Assembly (NCBI GenBank): GCA_951406725.2
Contig: OX597840.1
Span: forward strand, 12,462,001-12,526,000
DNA length: 64,000 nt
Reading direction: 5' to 3'
DNA from: Octopus vulgaris
Taxonomy: Eukaryota
The position numbers were made by a program, and so were the translations under genes. Below, in pieces: positions 27,485-40,400 of the stretch (its first letter is position 1; each line of letters starts with the position of its first letter). The notes beneath the pieces are model-generated. The model ran no database searches and was not told the DNA's origin. It worked only from the letters and a program-made list of their open reading frames with translations.

Positions 27485-27945
27485 CATTCACCTTACTTTG
27501 AGGTGTGTGGATAATACTGGACTGACTTGGTGCTTCAATTTAAGCACCTAATTCAACTGATCTTAATTATTTCTTATATATATAAGGCGTTAGGAAGGGC
27601 ATTGGCGTTAGGAAGGGCATCCAGCTGTAGAAACACTGCTAAATCAGACTAGAGCCTGGTGCAGCCTCCATGGCTTACCTGACCTCGGTTGGACCGTCCA
27701 ACCCATGCTAGCATGGAAAGCGGATGCTAAACGATGATGATGATATATACTAACACCTTTAATTGCTTCACATTTTGTTCTTTCTCTATACTTTTTCATT
27801 CTCTCTGCATTTTTTCCAATTCTTTCTGTTGAAGAGCATAGGCTTCAAATGCCAAAGACTTTTCCATTCTTCCTGAGCATTAAACTAATACACCTGCTTG
27901 TTGTTCCCTCACCTGTCTTCATCTTTTGTTTTCTGAAATGTGAAC

Positions 27946-27991
<46 letters not shown>

Positions 27992-28115
27992 TATATAATG
28001 GAGAAATTATACAAAATATATAAGTGGATGATGAGTAAAGCACCAGCACAGTTTCGATTACCTGTTGTAATCTGTAGATTTATTGTAGGAACTTCCTAGT
28101 GGTGGTTGAGGTAAC

Positions 28116-28415
28116 AGTATTAATAAAATAGATGGAATAAAAATTTTTACTTTAGTACATGTTTCGACTCATTCTGGGTCTCTTCAGGTACATAAATAAA
28201 TAAAAAATAAAAAGTTTCACTAGAGATTTTCTGATTCGGTTTTATGTACTCCTATATGTCCATCAACATATAGCGGTTCATAAAACCAAATCAGAAAATC
28301 CCTAGTGAGACTTTTTATTTTTTTTATTTATTTATGTACCTGAAGAGACCCAGAACGGGTCGAAACATGTGTTGTACTAAATAAAATTTTTTATTCCATC
28401 TATTTTATTAATACT
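28116..28415. repeat. Long inverted repeat (~140-bp arms), Penelope-like
   Basis: AGTATTAATAAAATAGATGGAATAAAAA... mirrored by ...TTTTTATTCCATCTATTTTATTAATACT. Confidence 0.9.
28336..28377 (+). ncRNA. Minimal type I hammerhead ribozyme
   Basis: GTAC-CTGAAGA-GACCC-AGAAC-GGGTC-GAAAC-ATGT-GTT-GTAC. Perfect stems I and II, palindromic ACATGT in stem/loop III, GUU site. Confidence 0.8.
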
Positions 28416-28442
28416 ATTATATATATATATATATATATATAT

Positions 28443-28602
28443 ACGATGGGCTTCTTTCAGTTTCTGTCTAAAAATCCACTCACAAGGCTTTTGTTGGCTT
28501 GAGGCTACAGTAGAAATCACATGCCCAAAGTGCTGTGCAGTGGGACTGAACCTGGAACCATGTGGTTCGGAAGCAAACTTCTTACCACACAGCCACACCT
28601 GC
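28443..28602 (-). mobile_element. SINE family A, 5' half
   Basis: Homology to the family A head. Confidence 0.8.
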
Positions 28603-29314
28603 ACTTAATACATAATTATAAGTTTTCACCAGTTTGTTGGTTTCAAATTTTGGCACAAAGCCAGCAATTTCAGGTCAGTGGGAAAGTCAATTAAACCCTA
28701 ACCCTAACCTTCAAACTGTAACCTCACCCTGTAGACCTTTTTCCTATGCATCAAACTTATTCTTAACCATAAACCAAATTTTTCTCAGCAGGAATATGAC
28801 CCGCGATGTTGAATGTATCTAATTCACACACAAAGAAAGTAAAAAAATAATGAAAAATAATAATAAAGAAATAAAATTTTGCAATATAAAGAATTTAGAT
28901 TTAAATTGCATTAATAATGGTTGGGGAATTTTTTGAGGGGAAATTTTTGGCTGTTATTCTTCATTTTTCTGTGATAGTAGAACAACAGGAAGTGTATTGA
29001 ATCAGCTAACTTCACCTCTCCAAGAATCAATGGAACAACACAATGGAAATATCCAATAACACTTAATAACTTGTTGAGACGTTAGCGGAGAGATTTCTTT
29101 ATCTTTGTCTAATGTCTTTAAGAGAAAGAGAGGGAAAAAGAGAGAGAAAGAGAGGAAGGAGAGGTTATGTCTCTTTGAGATATCAAGGAATTTCTCGATG
29201 TCTGCAAACCACAGACATTTCTGGGTGAATTTACATAATGTAGCACAACCAAGAACCAAAGATGTCTAGTTAATGTTGGCGTTGTTGTTGTTGTTGCTGC
29301 TGTTGTACTGTTGT

Positions 29315-30270
29315 TGTTTAGTACGTTGTCCCATCATGGACATTCCAGAAATATGATTGGCTCGTCATCCTCTGTTATTCATTGTTGTTGTTTAGTACAA
29401 GGTTAGTCCTGATAACAGATATTTCAGAAATATGATCAAAGACGTTCCAGATATGACCATCACCTCAGTTATTCATTGCTGTTGTTTGGTCCCAGTTTAA
29501 TCCTGATAACAGATATTCCAGAAATATGATCAAAGACGTTCCAGATATGACCATCTCCTCTGTTATTCATTGCTGTTGTTTAGTCTCAGGTTAGTCCTGA
29601 TTATGGACGTTGCAGAAACATGATCAAAGACGTTCCAGATATGACCATCACCTCTGTTATTCATTGCTGTTGTTGTTTAGTACCAGGTTAGTCCTCATCA
29701 TGGACATTCCAGAAATATGATTGAAGACGTACCAGACATGACCATCACCTCTGTTATTCATTGTTGTTGTTTAGTACCAAGTTAGTCCTGATCATGGATG
29801 CTCCAGAAACATGATCAAGGACGTTCCAGATATGACTATCACCTCTGTTATTCATTGCTATTGTTGTTTAGTTCCAGGTTAATCCTGATCACATATGTTC
29901 CAGAAATATGATTGAAGACGTTCCAGATATGGCCATCTCCTCTGTTATTCATTGCTGTTGTTGTTTAGTCTCAGATTAGTCCTGATCATAGATGTTCTGG
30001 ATATGACCATCCCCTCTTTGATTCAGATATAAGGTATCTAGGACTACCTGTCTTCCCTTTCAGTTATTGTTTAACCCCAGGTCAGCCAAATAGGCCTTAT
30101 GATCAAAGATGTTCCAGCTGTGACCATCCCAACTTTTATTCAAACCTAGAACTACATTGTATGATGTCTTTCCTTCTAGTTATTGTTTAGCCCAAGGTCA
30201 GTAACATTCAAGCAGACCTATAAGCAAAGATGTTACAGCTATGATCATTTCGACTTTTATTCAAACCTAG
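29315..30270. repeat. Minisatellite, ~93-96-bp unit, ~7 good copies plus a degenerate tail
   Basis: Repeating GATCAAAGACGTTCCAGATATGACCATCACCTCTGTTATTCATTGCTGTTGTTTAG..CAGGTTAGTCCTGAT. Confidence 0.9.
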
Positions 30271-30448
30271 TGGTGATGGTGGTGGTAGAAATGATGATGT
30301 TGACGTTCATAGTGATGATGATGATCATGATGATTCTGATCAGGATGAGGGTGATTATGATGATGACAATGGTGGTGATAGTGATGGAAACAATGGCCAT
30401 GACAGAGATGGTTTTAGAAGTGAAAATTACGACAACAGTGATAATTAT

Positions 30449-30650
30449 TTCTTCATTGCCCACAGGGGGTAAATATAATGGGGACAAACAAGGACAGACA
30501 AAGGGATTAAGTCGATTACATTGACCCCAGTGTGTAACTGGTACTTATTTAATCAACCTCGAAAGGATGAAAAGCAAAAGTTGGCCTCGGTAGAATTTGA
30601 ACTCAGAACGTTTCACCTGGCATACTAACAATTCTTCCAGCTCACCACCC
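30449..30650 (-). mobile_element. SINE family B
   Basis: Homology to 52424-52652. Confidence 0.8.
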
Positions 30651-30704
30651 TGACAACAATGATAATGATGATGAGGACAAGTGAAGATCAAAGTAATGAT
30701 GACT

Positions 30705-30970
30705 GATCATCATCATCATCATCATCATTTAGCGTCCGTTCTCCATGCTAGCATGGGTTGGACGGTTCAACTGGGGTCTGTGAAGCTGGAAGGCTTCATC
30801 AGGCCCAGTCAGATCTGGCAGTGTTTCTATGGCTGGATGCCCTTCCTAACGCCAACCACTCCGTGAGTGTAGTGGGTGCTTTTTACGTGCCACCCGCACA
30901 GGTGCCAGACAGAGCAGGCAAACGGCCACGAACGGATGGTGCTTTTACGTATCACCGGCACGGGGCCAGG
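30705..30970 (-). mobile_element. RTE-type 3' tail
   Basis: Closely related to 21357-21620. Confidence 0.75.
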
Positions 30971-31419
30971 ATGATAATAACAATGATGATGATGATGATG
31001 ATGATGATGCCTGATGTTACTAACAGATGAAATTACCCAAAATTCTACCTACCCCCATCACTGCCCAAACCATGATGGCTAAAGCAATCTAAAATAAAAA
31101 CGAAAAAAAAAGACACAAGAATGTAAATAACAAATAATCTGCAAAAATTTCAAAATTGAAATCAATCACCTCTTCTCCCTATGTGTAGGAATTTATAAAG
31201 GGCTTCCTTTCTACCATATATAGATGTGTATTATTCCACACCCCCCACTGCATGGAGCTGTATCATATTCATCTCCTCCCACTAAATAGATATCTACCAT
31301 TTATTCCCCTCCCACCATTTGTGGGGGTTTATCATTCCACCCCTCCCACTGTATGTAGATGCTTCATTCATCTCTTCCCCTGTAGAGGTATCTACTATTT
31401 ATTCCCTTCCACTCTACTG

Positions 31420-34400
31420 GGGGTTTATCATTCCTCTCCTCCCACAATATGTAGGTCTCGTTCTACCCCTCCCATTTTATGTAGGTGCTTATCATTCCTC
31501 TCCTCCCACAATATGTAGGTCTCATTTCACCCCTCCCATTTGATGTAGGTATTTATCATTCCTCTCCTCCCACAATATGTAGGTCTCATTCTACCCCTCC
31601 CATTTGATGTAGGTGTTTATCATTCCTCTCCTCCCACAATATGTAGGTCTCATTTCACCCCTCCCATTTGATGTAGGTATTTATCATTCCTCTCCTCCAA
31701 CAATATGTAGGTCTCATTCTACCCCTCCCATTTGATGTAGGTGTTTATCATTCCTCTCCTCCCACAATATGTAGGTCTCATTTCACCCCTCCCATTTGAT
31801 GTAGGTATTTATCATTCCTCTCCTCCAACAATATGTAGGTCTCATTCTACCCCTCCCATTTGATGTAGGTGTTTATCATTCCTCTCCTCCCACAATATGT
31901 AGGTCTCATTTAACCCTCCCATTTGATGTAGGTATTTATCATTCCTCTCCTCCCACAATATGTAGGTCTCATTCTACCCCTCCCATTTGATGTAGGTGTT
32001 TATCATTCCTCTCCTCCCATAATATGTAGGTCTCATTTCACCCCTCCCATTTTATGTAGGTATTTATCATTCCTCTCCCCCCACAATATGTAGGTCTCAT
32101 TTCACCCCTCCCATTTGATGTAGGTATTTATCATTCTTCTCCCCCCACAATATGTAGGTCTCATTTCACCCCTCCCATTTGATGTAGGTATTTATCATTC
32201 CTCTCCCCCCACAATATGTAGGTCTCATTTCACCCCTCCCATTTGATGTAGGTATTTATCATTCCTCTCCACCCACAATATGTAGGTCTCATTTCACCCC
32301 TCCCATTTGATGTAGGTATTTATCATTCCTCTCCCCCCACAATATGTAGGTCTCATTTCACCCCTCCCATTTGATGTAGGTATTTATCATTCCTCTCCTC
32401 CCACAATATGTAGGTCTCGTTCTACCCCTCCCATTTTATGTAGGTGCTTATCATTCCTCTCCTCCCACAATATGTAGGTCTCATTTCACCCCTCCCATTT
32501 GATGTAGGTATTTATCATTCCTCTCCTCCAACAATATGTAGGTCTCATTCTACCCCTCCCATTTGATGTAGGTGTTTATCATTCCTCTCCTCCCACAATA
32601 TGTAGGTCTCATTTCACCCCTCCCATTTTATGTAGGTATTTATCATTCCTCTCCCCCCACAATATGTAGGTCTCATTTCACCCCTCCCATTTGATGTAGG
32701 TATTTATCATTCCTCTCCCCCCACAATATGTAGGTCTCATTTCACCCTCCCATTTTATGTAGGTATTTATCATTCCTCTCCCCCCACAATATGTAGGTCT
32801 CATTTCACCCCTCCCATTTGATGTAGGTATTTATCATTCCTCTCCCCCCACAATATGTAGGTCTCATTTCACCCCTCCCATTTGATGTAGGTATTTATCA
32901 TTCCTCTCCCCCCACAATATGTAGGTCTCATTTCACCCCTCCCATTTGATGTAGGTATTTATCATTCCTCTCCCCCCACAATATGTAGGTCTCATTTCAC
33001 CCCTCCCATTTGATGTAGGTATTTATCATTCCTCTCCCCCCACAATATGTAGGTCTCATTCTACCCCTCCCATTTGATGTAGGTGTTTATCATTCCTCTC
33101 CTCCCACAATATGTAGGTCTCATTCTACCCCTCCCATTTGATGTAGGTGTTTATCATTCCTCTCCTCCCATAATATGTAGGTCTCATTTCACCCCTCCCA
33201 TTTTATGTAGGTATTTATCATTCCTCTCCCCCCACAATATGTAGGTCTCATTTCACCCCTCCCATTTGATGTAGGTATTTATCATTCTTCTCCCCCCACA
33301 ATATGTAGGTCTCATTTCACCCCTCCCATTTGATGTAGGTATTTATCATTCCTCTCCCCCCACAATATGTAGGTCTCATTTCACCCCTCCCATTTGATGT
33401 AGGTATTTATCATTCCTCTCCACCCACAATATGTAGGTCTCATTTCACCCCTCCCATTTGATGTAGGTATTTATCATTCCTCTCCCCCCACAATATGTAG
33501 GTCTCATTTCACCCCTCCCATTTGATGTAGGTATTTATCATTCCTCTCCTCCCACAATATGTAGGTCTCGTTCTACCCCTCCCATTTTATGTAGGTGCTT
33601 ATCATTCCTCTCCTCCCACAATATGTAGGTCTCATTTCACCCCTCCCATTTGATGTAGGTATTTATCATTCCTCTCCTCCAACAATATGTAGGTCTCATT
33701 CTACCCCTCCCATTTGATGTAGGTGTTTATCATTCCTCTCCTCCCACAATATGTAGGTCTCATTTCACCCCTCCCATTTTATGTAGGTATTTATCATTCC
33801 TCTCCCCCCACAATATGTAGGTCTCATTTCACCCCTCCCATTTGATGTAGGTATTTATCATTCCTCTCCCCCAAACAATATGTAGGTCTCATTTCACCCC
33901 TCCCATTTTATGTAGGTATTTATCATTCCTCTCCACCCACAATATGTAGGTCTCATTTCACCCCTCCCATTTGATGTAGGTATTTATCATTCCTCTCCCC
34001 CCACAATATGTAGGTCTCATTTCACCCCTCCCATTTGATGTAGGTATTTATCATTCCTCTCCCCCCACAATATGTAGGTCTCATTTCACCCCTCCCATTT
34101 GATGTAGGTATTTATCATTCTTCTCCCCCACAATATGTAGGTCTCATTTCACCCCTCCCATTTGATGTAGGTATTTATCATTCCTCTCCCCCCACAATAT
34201 GTAGGTCTCATTTCACCCCTCCCATTTTATGTAGGTATTTATCATTCCTCTCCTCCCACAATATGTAGGTCTCATTTCACCCCTCCCATTTGATGTAGGT
34301 GCTTATCATTCCTCTCCTCCCACAATATGTAGGTCTCATTTACCCCTCCCATTTGATGTAGGTATTTATCATTCCTCTCCTCCCACAATATGTAGGTCTC

Positions 34401-37400
34401 ATTCTACCCCTCCCATTTGATGTAGGTGTTTATCATTCCTCTCCTCCCACAATATGTGGGCCTCATTTCACCCCTCCCATTTGATGTAGGTATTTATCAT
34501 TCCTCTCCTCCAACAATATGTAGGTCTCATTCTACCCCTCCCATTTGATGTAGGTGTTTATCATTCCTCTCCTCCCACAATATGTAGGTCTCATTTCACC
34601 CCTCCCATTTGATGTAGGTATTTATCATTCCTCTCCTCCCACAATATGTAGGTCTCATTCTACCCCTCCCATTTGATGTAGGTGTTTATCATTCCTCTCC
34701 TCCCACAATATGTAGGTCTCATTCTACCCCTCCCATTTGATGTAGGTGTTTATCATTCCTCTCCCCCCACAATATGTAGGTCTCATTTCACCCCTCCCAT
34801 TTGATGTAGGTATTTATCATTCCTCTCCCCCCACAATATGTAGGTCTCATTTCACCTCTCCCATTTGATGTAGGTATTTATCATTCCTCTCCCCCCACAA
34901 TATGTAGGTCTCATTTCACCCCTCCCATTTGATGTAGGTATTTATCATTCCTCTCCCCCCACAATATGTAGGTCTCATTTCACCCCTCCCATTTGATGTA
35001 GGTATTTATCATTCCTCTCCCCCCACAATATGTAGGTCTCATTTCACCCCTCCCATTTGATGTAGGTATTTATCATTCCTCTCCCCCCACAATATGTAGG
35101 TCTCATTTCACCCCTCCCATTTGATGTAGGTATTTATCATTCCTCTCCCCCCCACAATATGTAGGTCTCATTTCACCCCTCCCATTTGATGTAGGTGTTT
35201 ATCATTCCTCTCCTCCCACAATATGTAGGTCTCGTTCTACCCCTCCCATTTTATGTAGGTGCTTATCATTCCTCTCCTCCCACAATATGTAGGTCTCATT
35301 TCACCCCTCCCATTTGATGTAGGTATTTATCATTCCTCTCCTCCAACAATATGTAGGTCTCATTCTACCCCTCACATTTGATGTAGGTGTTTATCATTCC
35401 TCTCCTCCCACAATATGTAGGTCTCATTTCACCCCCTCCCATTTGATGTAGGTATTTATCATTCCTCTCCTCCAACAATATGTAGGTCTCATTCTACCCC
35501 TCCCATTTGATGTAGGTATTTATCATTCCTCTCCTCCCACAATATGTAGGTCTCATTTCACCCCTCCCATTTGATGTAGGTATTTATCATTCCTCTCCTC
35601 CAACAATATGTAGGTCTCATTCTACCCCTCCCATTTGATGTAGGTGTTTATCATTCCTCTCCTCCCACAATATGTAGGTCTCATTTCACCCCTCCCATTT
35701 TATGTAGGTATTTATCATTCCTCTCCCCCACAATATGTAGGTCTCATTTCACCCTCCCATTTGATGTAGGTATTTATCATTCCTCTCCCCCCACAATATG
35801 TAGGTCTCATTTCACCCCTCCCATTTGATGTAAGTATTTATCATTCCTCTCCCCCCACAATATGTAGGTCTCATTTCACCCCTCCCATTTGATGTAGGTA
35901 TTTATCATTCCTCTCCCCCACAATATGTAGGTCTCATTTCACCCCTCCCATTTGATGTAAGTATTTATCATTCCTCTCCCCCCACAATATGTAGGTCTCA
36001 TTTCACCCCTCCCATTTGATGTAGGTGCTTATCATTCCTCTCCTCCCACAATATGTAGGTCTCATTTACCCCTCCCATTTGATGTAGGTATTTATCATTC
36101 CTCTCCTCCCACAATATGTAGGTCTCATTCTACCCCTCCCATTTGATGTAGGTGTTTATCATTCCTCTCCTCCCACAATATGTGGGCCTCATTTCACCCC
36201 TCCCATTTGATGTAGGTATTTATCATTCCTCTCCTCCAACAATATGTAGGTCTCATTCTACCCCTCCCATTTGATGTAGGTGTTTATCATTCCTCTCCTC
36301 CCACAATATGTAGGTCTCATTTCACCCCTCCCATTTAATGTAGGTATTTATCATTCCTCTCCTCCCACAATATGTAGGTCTCATTCTACCCCTCCCATTT
36401 GATGTAGGTGTTTATCATTCCTCTCCTCCCACAATATGTAGGTCTCATTCTACCCCTCCCATTTGATGTAGGTGTTTATCATTCCTCTCCTCCCACAATA
36501 TGTAGGTCTCATTTCACCCCTCCCATTTTATGTAGGTATTTATCATTCCTCTCCCCCCACAATATGTAGGTCTCATTTCACCTCTCCCATTTGATGTAGG
36601 TATTTATCATTCCTCTCCCCCCACAATATGTAGGTCTCATTTCACCCCTCCCATTTGATGTAGGTATTTATCATTCCTCTCCCCCCACAATATGTAGGTC
36701 TCATTTCACCCCTCCCATTTGATGTAGGTATTTATCATTCCTCTCCCCCCACAATATGTAGGTCTCATTTCACCCCTCCCATTTGATGTAGGTATTTATC
36801 ATTCCTCTCCCCCCACAATATGTAGGTCTCATTTCACCCTCCCATTTGATGTAGGTATTTATCATTCCTCTCCCCCCACAATATGTAGGTCTCATTTCAC
36901 CCCTCCCATTTGATGTAGGTGTTTATCATTCCTCTCCTCCCACAATATGTAGGTCTCGTTCTACCCCTCCCATTTTATGTAGGTGTTTATCATTCCTCTC
37001 CTCCCCACAATATGTAGGTCTCATTTCACCCCTCCCATTTGATGTAGGTATTTATCATTCCTCTCCTCCAACAATATGTAGGTCTCATTCTACCCCTCAC
37101 ATTTGATGTAGGTGTTTAATCATTCCTCTCCTCCCACAATATGTAGGTCTCATTTCACCCCTCCCATTTGATGTAGGTATTTATCATTCCTCTCCTCCAA
37201 CAATATGTAGGTCTCATTCTACCCCTCCCATTTGATGTAGGTATTTATCATTCCTCTCCTCCCACAATATGTAGGTCTCATTTCACCCCTCCCATTTGAT
37301 GTAGGTATTTATCATTCCTCTCCTCCAACAATATGTAGGTCTCATTCTACCCCTCCCATTTGATGTAGGTGTTTATCATTCCTCTCCTCCCACAATATGT

Positions 37401-40400
37401 AGGTCTCATTTCACCCCTCCCATTTGATGTAGGTATTTATCATTCCTCTCCCCCACAATATGTAGGTCTCATTTCACCCCTCCCATTTGATGTAGGTATT
37501 TATCATTCCTCTCCCCCCACAATATGTAGGTCTCATTTCACCCCTCCCATTTGATGTAAGTATTTATCATTCCTCTCCCCCCACAATATGTAGGTCTCAT
37601 TTCACCCCTCCCATTTGATGTAGGTATTTATCATTCCTCTCCCCCCACAATATGTAGGTCTCATTTCACCCCTCCCATTTGCTGTAGGTATTTATCATTC
37701 CTCTCCCCCCACAATATGTAGGTCTCATTTCACCCCTCCCATTTGATGTAGGTATTATCATTCCTCTCCCCCCACAATATGTAGGTCTCATTTCACCCCT
37801 CCCATTTTATGTAGGTATTTATCATTCCTCTCCCCCCACAATATGTAGGTCTCATTTCACCCCTCCCATTTTATGTAGGTATTTATCATTCCTCTCCCCC
37901 CACAATATGTAGGTCTCATTTTACCCCTCCCATTTTATGTAGGTATTTATCATTCCTCTCCCCCCACAATATGTAGGTCTCATTTCACCCCTCCCATTTG
38001 ATGTAGGTATTTATCATTTCTCTCCCCCCACAATATGTAGGTCTCATTTCACCCCTCCCATTTGATGTAGATATTTATCATTCCTCTCCTCCCACAATAT
38101 GTGGGTCTCATTTCAGCCCTCCCATTTTATGTAGGTGTTTATCATTCCTCTCCTCCCACAATATGTAGGTCTCATTTCACCCCTCCCATTTAATGTAGGT
38201 ATTTATCATTCCTCTCCCCCCACAATATGTAGGTCTCATTTCACCCCTCCCATTTTATGTAGGTGTTTATCATTCCTCTCCCCCCCACAATATGTAGGTC
38301 TCATTTCACCCCTCCCATTTTATGTAGGTGTTTATTATTTCTCTTCCCCCACCATACGTAGGTCTCATTCTACCTCTCCCATTTTATGTAGGTGTTTATC
38401 ATTCCTCTCCTCCCACAATATGTAGGTCTCATTTCACCCCTCCCATTTAATGTAGGTATTTATCATTCCTCTCCCCCCACAATATGTAGGTCTCATTTCA
38501 CCCCTCCCATTTTATGTAGGTATTTATCATTCCTCTCCTCCAACAATATGTAGGTCTCATTCTACCCCTCCCATTTGATGTAGGTGTTTATCATTCCTCT
38601 CCTCCCACAATATGTAGGTCTCATTTCACCCCTCCCATTTTATGTAGGTATTTATCATTCCTCTCCCACCACAATATGTAGGTCTCATTTCACCCTCCTA
38701 TTTGATGTAGGTATTTATCATTCCTCTCCCCCCACAATATGTAGGTCTCATTCTACCCTCCCATTTTATGTAGGTATTTATTATTCCTCTCCCCCACAAT
38801 ATGTAGGTCTCATTTCACCCTCCCATTTGATGTAGGTATTTATCATTCCTCTCCTCCCACAATATGTAGGTCTCATTTCACCCCTCCCATTTGATGTAGG
38901 TATTTATCATTCCTCTCCCCCCACAATATGTAGGTCTCATTTCACCCCTCCCATTTGATGTAGGTATTTATCATTCCTCTCCCCCCACAATATGTTGGTC
39001 TCATTTCACCCCTCCCATTTGATGTAGGTATTTATCATTCCTCTCCCCCCACAATATGTAGGTCTCATTTCACCCCCCCCCCCCATTTGATGTAGGTATT
39101 TATCATTCCTCTCCCACCACAATATGTAGGTCTCATTTCACCCTCCCATTTGATGTAGGTATTTATCATTCCTCTCCCCCCACAATATGTAGGTCTCATT
39201 TCACCCCTCCCATTTGATGTAGGTATTTATCATTCCTCTCCCCCACAATATGTAGGTCTCATTTCACCCTCCCATTTGATGTAGGTATTTATCATTCCTC
39301 TCCCCCCACAATATGTAGGTCTCATTTCACCCCTCCCATTTGATGTAGGTATTTATCATTCCTCTCCTCCAACAATATGTAGGTCTCATTCTACCCCTCC
39401 CATTTGATGTAGGTATTTATCATTCCTCTCCTCCCACAATATGTAGGTCTCATTTCACCCTCCCATTTGATGTAGGTATTTATCATTCCTCTCCTCCAAC
39501 AATATGTAGGTCTCATTCTACCCCTCCCATTTGATGTAGGTGTTTATCATTCCTCTCCTCCCACAATATGTAGGTCTCATTTCACCCCTCCCATTTTATG
39601 TAGGTATTTATCATTCCTCTCCCCCCACAATATGTAGGTCTCATTTCACTCCTCCCATTTGATGTAGGTATTTATCATTCCTCTCCCCCACAATATGTAG
39701 GTCTCATTTCACCCCTCCCATTTGATGTAAGTATTTATCATTCCTCTCCCCCCACAATATGTAGGTCTCATTTCACCCCTCCCATTTGATGTAGGTATTT
39801 ATCATTCCTCTCCCCCCACAATATGTAGGTCTCATTTCACCCCTCCCATTTGCTGTAGGTATTTATCATTCCTCTCCCCCCACAATATGTAGGTCTCATT
39901 TCACCCCTCCCATTTGATGTAGGTATTTATCATTCCTCTCCCCCCACAATATGTAGGTCTCATTTCACCCCTCCCATTTTATGTAGGTATTTATCATTCC
40001 TCTCCCCCCACAATATGTAGGTCTCATTTCACCCCTCCCATTTTATGTAGGTATTTATCATTCCTCTCCCCCACAATATGTAGGTCTCATTTCACCCCTC
40101 CCATTTTATGTAGGTATTTATCATTCCTCTCCCCCCACAATATGTAGGTCTCATTTCACCCCTCCCATTTGATGTAGGTATTTATCATTCCTCTCCCCCC
40201 ACAATATGTAGGTCTCATTTCACCCTCCCATTTGATGTAGATATTTATCATTCCTCTCCTCCCACAATATGTAGGTCTCATTTCACCCCTCCCATTTAAT
40301 GTAGGTATTTATCATTCCTCTCCCCCCACAATATGTAGGTCTCATTTCACCCCTCCCATTTGATGTAGGTATTTATCATTCCTCTCCCCCCACAATATGT

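Noticed and set aside
28694-28740. Telomeric (CCCTAA)n and a miR-10-like ACCCTGTAGA
   Set aside because: Under three telomeric units. The miRNA match is only about 10 nt, with no hairpin.
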